Shown here: positions 1-13,210 of the stretch, piece after piece
Layout: each line of letters begins with the position of its first letter
How positions within the stretch are numbered: position 1 is the first letter of the stretch
DNA from: Callorhinchus milii
Lineage: Eukaryota
Length of the DNA stretch: 64,000 nucleotides
Direction of reading: 5' to 3'
NCBI RefSeq assembly: GCF_018977255.1
Contig: NW_024704742.1
Span: 76,572,001 to 76,636,000 of the forward strand
Notes under the pieces: generated by a model
What the model was told of the DNA's origin: nothing
What the model saw: only the letters and a program-made list of their open reading frames with translations
Databases searched by the model: none
Program-made: the position numbers and the translations under genes

Positions 1-859
1 GGAAGGGAGGGAGCAAGGAGGGGGGAAATGGTGAGGGGAGGGAAGGGAGGGAGCGAGGAGGGGGAAGAGAGTCGAGAGGGGACCCACTTTATCAAGGCAA
101 TAAGCCTCGAGTGGTTTGGCCTATGAGTAGAGACTGTGTTTTTCCACTGGAACAAATAAGGTGGAGGGGCAACTTGAACAAGCAATTTAAAATTGAGTGG
201 ATTTGATACTTTCAATAGGGAAAAATTATTTCCACTCATCAATGAGTCGGTGCATCAATTTAAGATACTGGTAAACGAGCAAATGGGCAGTTAAGAGAAT
301 GATTTTCATGCAGAGTAGTTAGGATTTGTAGGTAGGTAGCTAAATATTGCTGCGTGCGTGCGAGGGAGAAGAATCGACATGACTGACTGCATGTGTCTAA
401 GTCAACTTAACCAGGTCTGTCTGCAAAGCTCTGAGCTACTTGGCGAGCAGCAAGCTGTGTAGCTGTTTTGCCACGGGCTTTTGGGGAGTCATGATCTAAG
501 GCAGCTTGCTGCTTTGATGTCTTTACTTAGCTTATTTTCCTCCCCAACCCCTTCCCTCTGTGTCCCACTTTACACATTCTCCTTACACATAGTAAGTTTC
601 CTTACTCCACGCACCTCTGTGTACCTAGCAGTAAGTAGGAACCTGCTTGTTAGTCGATTGGTGGATTGCTTTCCGGGGTAATAATCACTTTAAGATAATC
701 CAAGACTGTTTGTGGGACACTGCTGTGCACAATTGGCTGCCGCATCTCACCCACAAAACACACAATAAGTCCACTTTGTAGTGTATCCTGTGAAGCGCTT
801 TGAGACATCTCTACGACAAATGCTATATCAAATGCGAGGATTATTATTATATATATTAT

Positions 860-1065
860 TATATGGAATGCCTTCCAGGACAGGTGGTTGAGGCAGAATC
901 CATATTGGCCTTTAAGAGGGAATTAGATAAATACCTTAAAAAGAGTCAGCTACTCAGATATGGTGGAAAGGCAGGTAAATGAGACTGAAAGGATTGCTCG
1001 AGGGAGCTGGCACAGACATGATAGGCCGAATGGCCTACATTCCACGCTGTAAAATATCTATGGTT
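860..1065 (+). mobile_element. CR1 LINE 3' end (a further piece at about 150-330)
   Basis: LPGQVVEAESILAFKRELDKYL and CR1-type 3' UTR gacatgataggccgaatggcct. Confidence 0.75.
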
Positions 1066-1434
1066 GTATGGTGGGGGAAATGGGAAGTGCCAGAGCTTGG
1101 TCACAGCCAAACTGGAAAGTCAGACTCCTCAGGTATTTCCAAACTACATAGGCACATAGATTGTACTTAATCTGACTAACTCTAAATCTGATCTGAATTT
1201 AAATACATTTCTTTTGATGTACATTATCAATAGGAAAATATTTTCAGCCAATGCACAACACAGCAGCACTCACTGGAGGATAGAGAGGATATGTTCAGAG
1301 TATGTAAGAAAGGGCATGAGGGATGCACAAAGTTAACTTGCTTCTCGTCTCGTTAATGGTAAAAGATACTAATAGTAAAGCATTGGATTATGCCCTTCTT
1401 TCTCCAATGTTCTCAGTCTGGTCAGTTGGTAACT

Positions 1435-2305
1435 AACAACAACAACAAAATTGCATTTGTATAGCGCCTTTCACGTTGGGAGGACGTCCCAAGGCGCTGG
1501 ACAAGCAGAGTTTTGGATCCGAGTTGGGGATTGGGAGGGTGTAGGGCGGGTTGGGGGGGGAGAAGCAGGGAGATTGAAAGCATGGTCGAAGAGGAGGGTC
1601 TTGAGATAAGTCTTGAAGGAGGCAAGGGAGGGGTTAGGAGGAGGGAATGCGGGATGGAGTTCCAGACGATGGGGGCAGAGTGGCAGAAGGCCCTTCCGCC
1701 AAAAGTGGGGCAAGGAAGACGGGGGATGTGAAGCAGGCCGGAGCCTGCTGAGCGGAGGGAGTGAACAGGATGGTATGGGGTTAGGAGCTCTCTGTGTTTT
1801 CTCACTTTCCTAAGCAAGACTGTGGAGGGCTTTGAGGGTGAAGTCCAGGATCTTGAACTGTATCCTCTGTGTGATGGGAAGGCAGTGGAGTCGGGCGAGG
1901 ATGTGGATGATAGGATCATGGAGCCTAGTGCAGGAGAGGACATGGGCTGCAGAGTTCTGGATGATCTGCAGCCTGTGGAGGGAGGAGTTGGGAAGGCCGA
2001 CAAGCAGGGCATTTGCATGATCGAACCTGCAGGTGATGAAACCATGTATGAGGGTTTCGGTGGCCTGTGGTATGAGACAGTGGCAAAGCCGGGCGATGCT
2101 GTGGAGGTGAGGGAAGGCAGAGCAGGTCATGGTAGGGATGTGGGGTAGAAAGGATAGTTGAGGATCAAACAAGACCCCAAGGTTCCGGACTGGCTTAGTG
2201 AGGTGAAGTGTGCAACCATGGATGGTGATGCTGTCAGTGCCTGAGGTGAGGAGGCACTGACGGGAGCCAATCAGGAGAGCCTCGGTCTTGTTGACATTCA
2301 GCAAC
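1435..2305 (-). mobile_element. L2-clade LINE 3' fragment (RT C-terminus and 3' tail)
   Basis: [12 protein letters not shown]…[13 protein letters not shown]…LHCLPITQRIQFK; tail gggacgtcctcccaacgtgaaaggcgctatacaaatgc(ttg)n. Confidence 0.9.
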
Positions 2306-2712
2306 TAGTTCTAACTCATCTCTGAGTTAGAAGGCTGTAGGTTCGAGCCCCACACCAACACGTGGAATATTGTCTAGGCTGGCACTTCAATGCATTGTTA
2401 AAGATGCTGTCCTTCAGATGAAATGTTAAGCTGAGGCCCTGTTCATGTGTACATGAAAGATCCTATGACACTATTTGAAAATTGTGGCCAATAAAATTGG
2501 GCATTCACTGAAAAATAATAATATTCCTTCCATTTGATACAATATCTTAAAGATTATTTATATTCTCAGACTTGCTATCACCACTTCAAAATTGAAAACA
2601 GGACAGTCCAAATAAACCAATCGCTGGAACAAATGTATGCTCAAGTTCATATTATATTTCAAATGTCTGGATTGTTAAAGTTCTGAAACCTGCATTAAAA
2701 TTTTCTCTTTAC

Positions 2713-2812
2713 CTTTCACCAAAAATATTGCTAGAAGAATAGCGATTATTGATAAAAGAATCAATAAAGGGATGGTCACAGCAACAACCACACATCCTTT
2801 TGAAGACTTCAT
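2713..2812 (-). CDS. First coding exon of a second, divergently transcribed TMPRSS11-like paralogue (MKSSKGCVVVAVTIPLLILLSIIAILLAIFLVK); gene continues left of the window
   Basis: Acceptor tttttcacag before 2861, in-frame TAG upstream of the ATG, donor AAG|gtaaag. Same 100-nt length, phase and MKSxK…FLVK ends as exon 16077-16176. Confidence 0.75.
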
Positions 2813-3423
2813 TCTTATCCGTTTCTATATGATCTTGGTAATCTTCAAATCTTTAGCTCCTCTGTGAAAAAAGAAAGAAAGCTTGATGACTTTAAGAGTA
2901 AAATTAGGAACTTGGTTTTCATAGATAAATAATGCTGCACATTGTGTATTCTATTTCTTTCGAATAGATAGACATCAGCTACCTTTGAAGAGCAGTGGAA
3001 AGTTGAGAAAACACAGATAAAGAAATATACCTAGATCATCATCAATCTTTCAGATTTGAAATGTCAAGTATTTCCAGTTTTCAGAGTTTTCCTTTTTAAC
3101 CTCTAGATAAGGTAAATCTACTGACAATGGCTCTTAGAAAGTTAATTTATTTTGAAGACCAACAACTTGTTTTCAGAGGCACTCCCAAAATCCATGACAC
3201 CTGTCAACTTACAAACAGTTTAATAAATAGGAACTTGAATGTTTCCAAAACATTGATATCACATGAACGTCACATGCAATTCATTGCCAATACAAAACAT
3301 AGCATGCTGTCCATTCTAATCTTGAATCTGGCCACTATAGATAAACACAGTGACATATCTCAAGAAACATACAATTGAAATTCAGGAACAAGTCCCCCCT
3401 TTTATTCCAGTACAAACAGGAAA

Positions 3424-4345
3424 AACAAGATTACATTTGTATAGCGCCTTTCACATCGGGAGGACATCCCAAGGCGCTGTACGGAGTACAGCATTTCAGA
3501 CCCGAGCTGGGGTTGGGGGGGGTAAGAGAAGGGAGGGGAAGGGGGTGGGCCAACGGCATGGTTAAAGAGGTGGGACTTGAAGGAGGCCAAGGAGGGGGCG
3601 AGGCAGAGTGACTGGGGGTTGGAATTCCAGAGGTTGGGGGCAGAGTGGCTGATGGCTCTCAACAACAACAACAACAAGATTCCATTTATAAAGCGCCTTT
3701 CCTGCCAATGGTGGGGCAGGTGGGTCGGGGGATATGGGGCAGGCCAGAGCCGGCTGAGTGGAGGGAACAGGCGGGTTGGTAGGGGGTTAGGAGGTCGCAG
3801 AGGTAGGGTGGGGCGAGGCGCTGGTGTGAGCCAATCAGGAGGGCCTCAGTCTTGTTCACATTCAACTGTAGGAAATTTGCCCTCATCCAGGACTTGATGT
3901 CCGACAGACAGTCTGTCAGGACAGCAGTGGTCCTGGAGTTGAGGGTGGAGGCAGAAAGATAGAGTTGAGTGTCATCCGCATACATGTGGAAGTTGACCCC
4001 ATGTCTGCGGATGATGTCACCAAGGGGGAGCATGTAGGTATTAAAGAGGAGAGGGCCAAGGACAGAGCCCTAGGGGATGCCAGACATGACAGTGCGGGGG
4101 CTGGAGGAGAAGCCGTTAGAGCCAACAAAGTGGAGACGGTGAGAGAGATAGGAATCGAACCAGACAAGGGCAGGTCCGCGAAGATTGAGTAAAGCGGAGA
4201 GGCAGTGTATGAGGATGGAGTGGTCGACAGTGTCGAAGGTGGCAGAGAGGTCGAGGAGGACAAGGCGGCAGAGGGAGCCCTGATCACAGATGTTCAGAAT
4301 GTCATTAGTGACTTTGACCAGGGATGTTTCCGTGCTGTGGGCAGA
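3424..4345 (-). mobile_element. Two tandem, internally deleted L2 LINE fragments
   Basis: [15 protein letters not shown] motif in ORF 3686-4033; two 3' tails near 3430 and 3665. Confidence 0.88.
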
Positions 4346-6050
4346 TGTGTTGGTTGCAAAAAAAGGCGATTTTCATAGTTACATACAGAATCATTCATGT
4401 ACAATAGAAGCAAATGCAACTATTCTTCTACAAACAGACGCTGGGCGAAACTGCGCCTGTTGAAACTCATCTGTGACCGGTAGGTAATGTTTGAACAAGA
4501 ACACAGCTGATGCATTGCTGCTTCTCTTTGGTGTAGTTAACCATTTGCAGGATTTTTGCTATTTCAGGTAACTTACGTCATCCACATTTTCCACCTTTGG
4601 TAGAAAGATGAACATATTTGGGCTTAGTCATAGTTTCGCTCACTCTGGTACTAAAATCCCTCTGACTTGCTCCCTTCCTCACCTCGTTCAAGGTCTGTCT
4701 CAAGACCTACATCTTTTACTCTGCTTTCAGTCATCTTTCTCTCCTCATCTCAAGCTCAAGCCATTATTATTAAGTGTCTTGGGACACCCTCGTGATGTTA
4801 AAGGTGTTACATAAAATGTGAATTTGTATCGCATTGTGTTAAATACAATATATTGTCAGAGGTGCCATTCATTGGGCAAGATGAAAATTGAGGCCCCATC
4901 TGCCTGTTTAGGTGGACGTTGAATATTCTGTGAATCTATTTGAAAAGAGGACATCTCATGATGTCCTGGCCAACAATCTCCCAAATAAAATTGGTCATTT
5001 CATTCATAGATGTTTGTGAGACACTGCTGTATGCACACGGATTACACACAACAGTCACTGGTCACTTTACAGTATATCCTGTAAAACTGTTTTGTGATAT
5101 TATCTGAACAGGCAGATGGGATCTCAGTTTCAATTCTCATCCGAAGGGCGGCAACTCTGACAATGCAACGCTTGCCCAGCACATAATAAAATTGGTCAAT
5201 TCCTTCATAGATATTTGTGGGACTGCTGTGCGCAATTGGATGCCGTGTTCACCCACAAAATATACAGTCAATTCACCCACCACTTTCTGTCAGTTTGATA
5301 AATACCTATGGGTTGTTTCCACTCTCCAGCCTCAGCAATGCTCACCTCTGCGTTACTTTGGTTGAACAGGAACTAAGGAGGGACAGCTGATACAGCTAAT
5401 CAGGTCTACAGCCAAGCAAGAGATGATACCACAAGCCAACACCCTAACAGGAGCAGTCTTGACTGGACAGGTAGCTATCTGCAAATGTAAAACATCAATA
5501 ATTTGCTCAACTGAAAAAGCATAATACATGCAACTCATTTTTGCTTAGAGATTCCCCTAAAGGTCCAATTTAAAACATCTAGATAAATACTGTTATTATG
5601 ACTGAAGTGGATAGGATGATAAGTAAAATAAAAACAAAAATAGAACCAGAATAAGTCAAATGTAAGGACAGAAATATCTTACAAAAAACACTTTACCATG
5701 ATTTGAATTCCACAGGTTCATACATTTCAGTCTTTTTGAAAACACTGTTTTGAAATTAGACTAGCACAGTTTAGAAACAATACAGGTTTAATTATTTAAG
5801 ATGCCCAGGCACTAAGTAATTTGATTTTTAAAATTCTCCCATCTCAAATGTTTAAAGTCACACATTTTACTCAACACATTTTATTTAGTGAAAGACCTTC
5901 AGCGAGTTTCTAGATTACTGACAGAGATAGGAATGAAACTCACTAAAACTTGACATCTTTACCAAACATAACATATTAATTTCACTGAAGTGATCAATGA
6001 GAGAGGAAATCAGAAAGAAACATGAGACACACAGAACAAAAAAGACTCAC

Positions 6051-6110
6051 CTTTACCAACTGCACGAATAATGAAGTGTGAATTGCACACACGTTGCCTT
6101 AAGAAAACAC
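6051..6110 (-). other. Candidate 5' UTR exon of the minus-strand paralogue
   Basis: tttgttttcatcag acceptor and AAG|gtgagt donor flank 60 nt of non-repeat sequence. Confidence 0.35.
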
Positions 6111-6774
6111 CTGATGAAAACAAACCAATTATCACTCAGTGAATCCAATGATTATTTGCATGTGTGAGGTTGCCTAATGAGGAGGAAGTAACCTGGATTG
6201 TGACAAGGAGGGAAGAAGTTTCGGGAAATTGACTCAGTACACTGATCAGTATCTGGAATGCTGTACAAAACACAAGGCCAAGCGGCTGCTTGCTCTGGAG
6301 GCTATGAATGCATAGCTGTAAGATTCCATTGCTGGGCACAGGCTGTGATTGTGAAAATTGAACAACACTTAATTTAATATGTTTAATATGATAATAATAC
6401 TTAATATGTTTGATGCTTGGAACTTGGTGTCAAATGCTAATTTATTTATTTGCATTGGATTCCGGTCATTAATATATTTTCAACCCATTTAATACCTCCC
6501 TCATTTTTGTCTAATTCCCAAGGAAGTGAATGTTTGCAAAGGAAGATAGCTTCAGGTTCCAACAGAGAAGAGGTGTTTTGTCCCAGATGTTCTGCAACAG
6601 AGCTGTGGATTGTTATCTTTTTCAGTGGTGTAGACGACGAACTGTTTCTCCACTCACAGCCGCAAACTGTCTTTTGCTGCTCCCAATTTCAGTCAATCAT
6701 CATTTACCCTTCAGATAAGGAAAATACTGTTTTCATGGACAATAGTGACATCAAGAAAAATCTAATACAATACA

Positions 6775-7200
6775 ACAAATACAAATTGCGTTTCTGTAGC
6801 ACCTTTCATGTTGGGAGGATGCCCTGAGCCACTAGACAATCCAGGGTCCAGGCTGGGGGGAGAGGGGTGGAAACTAGCTGAAACTTTGGTCCAAGAGGAA
6901 GGTCTTGAGGCAGACCTTGAAGGAGGCAAGGGAAGGGGCGAGTCCAGAATGGAGTTCCAGAGAGTGGGAGCTGATAGGCTAAACGTTGGTGGTGAGGTGG
7001 GGGGTGGAGTGGGTGAAGTAGGCCAGTGGATGGCTTGGTAGGGTTTAAGGAGGTCAGGGAGGTAGGGTGGGGCAAGACCATGGAGGGTTTTAAAGTTTAG
7101 GACAAGGATCTTGAACTCGATCAGCTGGAGGATGGGGAGTCATTGGAGCTGGGCCAAGATGGAGGAGTTTAATGCAGGAAAGGACAAGAGCTGCAGAGTT
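6775..7200 (-). mobile_element. Degraded L2 LINE 3' fragment
   Basis: Same tail and C-terminal region as the other L2 copies. Confidence 0.75.
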
Positions 7201-7879
7201 CATTACATTTGTACAGAAAGCTCTGAAGGCACCGAAGGTCACTGACCTAATTGCCGGCTGCATTTCTAGACCATTGGTGCATTGTCCGGGACTCAAGGTT
7301 AAGCCTGTTCCAGCTTGTTTTAAAGCAAAGCTACCACCACAGAAGAAGTTGGAGCAATTGCAACATTGAGGTGAAAAATGCCGTATGTCATGAGAATGAT
7401 CACATCCTGGGGCATTCTGCTTTTGGAGATGTTGCAATCAAAAACTAAACAGTGGTGATACCTCATATTCAGTGAATGTGTGTTTGGCCACAAAATATGC
7501 AGTCACACCAGTTTACAGCATGTTCTGTGAAGTGCTTTGAAATGCCTCGATGACATGATAAGGAGTTGTCACAAAAGCAAGGATTATTATTATTATCATT
7601 GAGATACCAGTTCAATTCAACTTTTTCTGGTGCAAGTTGCTATTTCTATTGCCAATTTTCCAACAAGTGCTTCTTCAGTCCCTCATGTCTGACAGTACAG
7701 TAAAAACACATAGGTCATGTCAGTCATGACCGTAACATTTAATATGACTTATACAAAGTCCAAATTTCAGGCAAACTGTAATCAATAATCGTGCGTAACT
7801 CAATGCAGCTGGTAAGTGTGCATGTGTTAGTCAGTTATAGCAGCTGGTAAGTGTGTGGGTCAAGATTCAATGCATCTTG

Positions 7880-8090
7880 ACCCGTGGCCGCATGCGCAAG
7901 CATTGGAATTGCATTGAATTGTGGGAAATGAAGTTCTACTGTGCATGGTTGACCGATCGAGACTACGTTTCCCATGATTCAATGTGGTCAGTCGGTGAGT
8001 GTGCATGTGTGGAAGGTTTCAGCACATCATTCCCCGCAATTCAATATAGCTGGTGAATGCAGGAGTCATGGAAAGGGGAGCGGCGTTATG
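7880..8090. promoter_or_regulatory. Cluster of ZNF143/Staf (SBS)-like motifs plus an NRF1-like site
   Basis: ACTACGTTTCCCATGATTCAATG (7962-7984 +), ACTTCATTTCCCACAATTCAATG (about 7912-7934 -), weaker ACATCATTCCCCGCAATTCAAT (8024-8045 +), GCATGCGC (7890-7897). Confidence 0.45.
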
Positions 8091-8204
8091 AGTTAGGAGA
8101 TGATTAATATTTGTAGTGCAAAGAGATCTAAGTGGTTTTGATAGGAAACTGAATGGGACTCAGGTGGGTGATAGCCTCCTCTTACCAGACCTTCCACAGT
8201 GTAC

Positions 8205-8503
8205 TAATAATAATAATCCTTGCATTTGATATAGCGCTTTTCACATCTTCTAAACATCTCAAAGCGCTTCACAGAATATACTGTAAAGTGAATTGACTGT
8301 ATATTTGTGGGCAAAACGCAGTAGCCAATTGCGCACAGCAGTGTCCCACAAACAGTCGTGGATTGAGTGACCAAATAATTATTGTTTTTTTCTTGAGGGA
8401 TTATTATCAGGCGTGTGGAGTAAGGAAACTTGCCCAAGGTTTCACCCTACCGGGAATCGAACCCAGGTCTCGCTTGTGAGGTGAATGCTCTAACCACTGA
8501 GCT
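8205..8503 (-). mobile_element. tRNA-derived SINE, short subfamily (further - copies at 20222-20502, 21019-21328, 36425-36732; headless piece at 28384-28590)
   Basis: A box TAGCTCAGTGG, B box GGTTCGATTCC, Deu-like core gtttgtgggacactgctgtgcgcaattggct, L2-like tail with (att)n. Confidence 0.9.
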
Positions 8504-9599
8504 AATAATACTGATGATAATCCCTCAAGAAAAAGAAACAATAATAAATTGGTCACTTCAATCCACGACTGTTTGTGGGACACTGCTGTGCGCAATTGGC
8601 TGCCGCATTTCGCCCACAAATATAGTCAATTCACTTTACAGTATATTCTGTGAAGTGCTTTGAGACGTCTAGAAGACGTGAAAAGAGCTATATCAAATGC
8701 AAGGATATATTATTATTATTAGCTACAGAACTGCAGTGTACGCTGCTCAACCATCAGGCTTTGTCCTAGATTTTCCCAATCCTCTCGGAGATAAAATAGT
8801 CCTGAACTTTGAAATTCCCAGAAACAGACAATTTAGCGTCCATTTTAAAACATTGCATGGGATCAATAGAAATTATTAATCTTTATCATGGGAAATGTAT
8901 TAAAATGTATAATTACGTTAAATAATAATTACAGTGATAATTAAAATGTATTAACTTTTCTTCATGTAAATGTTACAAATGTGGTCCTATAGGAAAAATG
9001 AGGATGACATTTAATCATTCTATAAGTGGAAGAGTCTGTCACAAATACTGCCACAAATGAATCATTTAAAATCTGATCTGATGAAAAGATTAAACAATTT
9101 TGGTCAACCAGGTATCGATACATGCAGAAATCCATCACCATGCTTAAGAGCATCCAAACCAGTCTAAGATTGCATCCCACCTAGAATGAAAGTTCCTGTG
9201 GTTGGGATGGAATGTGCATTTGCTCCCTGAAAGGACACATCCTACATACATAACTCTATAGAGTATTAGGCGCAGGTTGGGAAGAATCAAATTTGGAGAC
9301 CCCAGAGTTTTGAGTTGGGGTACTCCTGGAGTATAGCCTGGAGTCTAACCCCATAGCTTGCCATTGAAAGGACTGTCTGGCAAGCTTTCCCATTGCTTGT
9401 TCAGCTAAGATCACTCCACCCATTAGGGCTTTAGGACTAACCAGAGCTGAGTAAGAAGAATCTCTGCCCCTAGTGACTGCCCTGCCCTTCCATGTCCTGC
9501 TGATGAGCCATGTTGCGCTGCCATCAGCAGTGCCCTGGAATACTGTGTACCCACCTGGCTCAAAATTCGGACTGAGACTACTAGATAGGATTAACTCAA

Positions 9600-10440
9600 T
9601 TCCAAGATTCCATTACAAACATTATCTGGGAGCCAGTTCAGCTCCAAGGAGATCACACTTACCTGCCACTGGTAGGAGGATAGGCACTAGTTGGTCATTT
9701 GATACCCAACAAGTGCAGGTTTGAACCATTGCTAGGCAACTGACAGCAACTCCCTGTGAGCCTTTTGGTGGGCAACACAGTTCAATGTGAAATGTGTGAC
9801 AGAGAGCATTACCACCATCTTCCTGCCCAGACACACATTACTACTCACTGAGCGATGGTTCTGCCAGTTGAAGATCTAGAGCTTGAGCATCAGTTGCTTA
9901 CTTATTTTTCAACCAATCATGGTGGATACCGAGCCCTGGATATACAGGCATTTGCTCATGAACCCAGACTCCAAGTAATGCCTTCCAACAGCTATCATCA
10001 CTAGCCTCCGTTTCCTCATAAGCTATTTGATGGACAACTGCCTTCAGAAGGTAGGAGGATCTTTACAGGACAGTTTATGTCACCCAGCTGCCTTCATGTT
10101 CGAAAAGATCTATGTCCAATGCACGTACCAGTTTACATCAAAAGCTTAATCCAGGTCCTCATGTGGAGTAGCTGACACAGAGTGCGACAGTGATTTGTGA
10201 GATTAATAGTTGGATGGCTCATATTATGAAAGAGGGACCTTGGCAAATAGCTGTGCTCACCATGATGCTGCTCCCTACCTGCAGCCACTTCCCTGTTTGC
10301 TACAAATCAACCTGATTGTTTTATTCCTGGACTCCACAAAGGGGTTGACAGAAACCCTTCCACTGCATATCCAACAGCTTGATATTAAGAAGGAAAACTA
10401 TTTGGACACACATCTTACACACGACAAGCTTACACATTGG
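9600..10440 (+). mobile_element. Highly decayed LTR-retroelement/retroviral pol remnant (RT thumb, tether, RNase H)
   Basis: Collinear frameshifted peptides FHYKHYLG…WSFDTQQVQV…LTATP, LPVEDLELEHQLLTYF, LDGSYYERG, KKENYLDTH; judged by eye. Confidence 0.35.
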
Positions 10441-12089
10441 GACCTTTCTCTCATTAAGAAGGATAATAATCCTTGCATTTGATATAGCACCTTATCACAT
10501 CTTTGAAACATCTCAAAGAGCTTCACAGGATATACTGTATAGTGAATTGACTGTATATTTTGTGGGCAAAATGTCTGAAGAGAAATGAGAACGACTCGTG
10601 TGTTTTCGTCCCTTCTCAGTGCAATCCAGTGTAGTGTCCAAGCAAAGTACAACAATCAGTATGAAGTGTAAAAGGGGCAGGATGTCCTCAACACATCTGA
10701 TGACATCGCAATATGAGGACCAAACAATAATGTGGCCAAGCTCAGGTGTAAAGAAATTTAAACATTGAAGATTGTGATTGAGACATCTAGAAGAAATGAA
10801 AAGCGCTATATCAAATGCAAGGATTATTATCTCCCTCAGAATTATTTCTACTACTGTTGATTATTTGCTGTATACAGAATTATTCCTGGTGTCTGTCTTA
10901 ACCTCTATTCACAACCATTAATTATGTCCTCTGTCCTGTTGCCTTGAGTTAAGTTTAAGTGCATTATATTACTAATGTGAGTGTGGAAAGTATGAGAAAA
11001 AAGGGATTTTATTTCATGATTGACTTTCTTGTCTGTCTTATCAATGAGTCTTGCAGATGTAAATATGTCCTCCACCCTAAGGCCGAATAAATGAATACTG
11101 TGCTGTGTTGTCACCTTTCTCTCGGAGTGTGGTAAGGCCATAATAAGATGATAATACAGCTTTCTAGCCTACATTTAGTACTTATCTTTCTTTCATCTCA
11201 GCAGCGCAAACCCATCAGCGAAAAGGTTAAGAGAAGGCAGAAATTCTTGGGGTTGTTATTGTCCGGGAAACCAATACTTTGCAACAACAACCACAACAAT
11301 TTGCATTTATATTGTGTCTTTCACGTAGGGAAGTGTCTTGGTATGATGAATCGCTGAGGCTCAAGAGCTGGTAGATGTGGATCCCACTTCTGCAGAAAGT
11401 TAGATCAATGAGAAGTTTGGACAGATCAGAAGAGGTGGCAGATAAAGTAATTAAAACTGGCACGACTGACTCCTCAGTATAACTGAATTTGAAAATGTTA
11501 ACTTGGTGAACCCCGACAGGAAAGTCTAGCATGAAAGGTATGGTTTCCTTACTGGATTTTTGTCCCAGAACATAATTATGTTTGCATTTATTTCACAAAA
11601 CAACAGATTGTACAACACTGAACAAAATAACATTGCACCTGTCTGTCACGTGAACGATACCTAATTATGAGACAGGCTCATTAATCATTCTATTCATGTT
11701 CATCCTGCATAGTTCATGACTTGTGCAAATATTTCTTCCTGTTTGTTATCTCTGTCTCTTTCTCTGAGAAAAGCACACAAAATCAGAGATAGACAAAGAG
11801 AAAGTCATTGAGAATTAGAAAGTCAGAAATAGCAAGTGAGAGATAGAGAGAAGGAAAGAGTTACACTAGTGGAAAACTGACTTTAATATTAAGAGTGAAT
11901 TTAATAATTTTCCACAATTATGCACGCTGTTGAAGTTTGAAACAACATGGTTTTAACAGTTGGAATTCCTAGCCCGTAGTGGGTTAGCCACTACAAACAT
12001 TCCCCTGACGAGTCGGTCCAGGATTTACCTAACATGGAGGAGAAAATACGTGGCTATCCATCATCTGCCACTCATGCACCTTTAGGCCC

Positions 12090-13210
12090 TTGTCTCTGTG
12101 ACCAGTCCTATCTCTGCCTTCTCATCCTCCTGGACCTCTCTGCTGCGTTCGACACAGTCAATCACGCCATCCTCCTCCAATGCCTCTCTTCCCTCATCCA
12201 TCTTAGTGGGACCGGACTTGCATGGCTCAAGTCCTACTTAACCAACCACCAGGACCTCATCTCAGCCAATGGGCTCTCCTCCAGCCCAGGCCTGTCACCT
12301 ACGCGGTACCCCAGGGCTCCATCCTTGGCCCCTTTTTTTCCTCATCTGTATGTTCCCTCTCGGCAATATCATCCACAGACGTGGGATATACATTCACATG
12401 TATGCAGATGACACACAAATCTACTTCGGACAAATCCTCCTATAGCTGTGACTCGCAGTCCACTGATGTTCTGTCAGATTGTCTAACAGGCATCAAGGCC
12501 TGGGTAAGCTGAACCTTGACAGGATGGAAGCCATACTTTTTGGCTCCTGTCAATGTCTTCTGCGATTCTGACCTCCTCACTCTACTCGATTACTCCCTAA
12601 GACTCACCGAACCCATGCGCAATTTAGGCGTCAGGTTCGTCCCCCAGCTATCCTTCGTACCCCACATCCAGTCCTTGGCCAGTACTGCTTTCCTCCACCT
12701 CCACCACATTACCTGCCCATCTGTACCTCATTCCAAAAGCTGCCGAAATCCTCGTCTATGCCTTCATCACCTCCCGCCTTGACTACTCTAAACTCCTTAC
12801 CTCCATTATCCCAATCCTTGACAAACTCCATCGGATTTCTGTTAAAGAGTGGATCGATTTCATGATCCTCGATCTTGTATTTAAATCCCTTTATGCCCTG
12901 GAACCCCCTATCTCTACAACCTACTGTCTCCCTACACTGCTACCTGCTGCCTCTGGTCGACTGGCTCTGGCCTCCTCCTTGTCCCCTGGATCAGCCACTA
13001 CACCCAAAGCTGTGAAACTCTCTCCCTCAATCCCTTTACCTTGTCCCCTCTCTCCCCATTTTTAGGTCGCGCTTGAAGACCTTCCTCTTCAACCGTGCCT
13101 ATGATCACCTTTCTCCTTCCCCTGCTCAGCATCAGGCTCTGCCACTGTTAAGTGGTGCAAGATGCTATCTAGCATGAAGGGTATTATATGAATGCAAATT
13201 GTTATTGTTG
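12090..13210 (+). mobile_element. Degraded L2 LINE RT region and 3' end
   Basis: [24 protein letters not shown], frameshifted YADD; ends in a (ttg)n tail. Confidence 0.88.

Noticed and set aside
7205..7448. Coding-looking segment after the L2 fragment
   Set aside because: No recognisable family, splice context or consistent frame.
8445..8503. tRNA-like sequence (A and B boxes, CAC anticodon-like loop), also at about 20450, 21270, 29770, 36680, 36740
   Set aside because: These are SINE heads: no acceptor stem, each runs into the SINE body, and copies are diverged.
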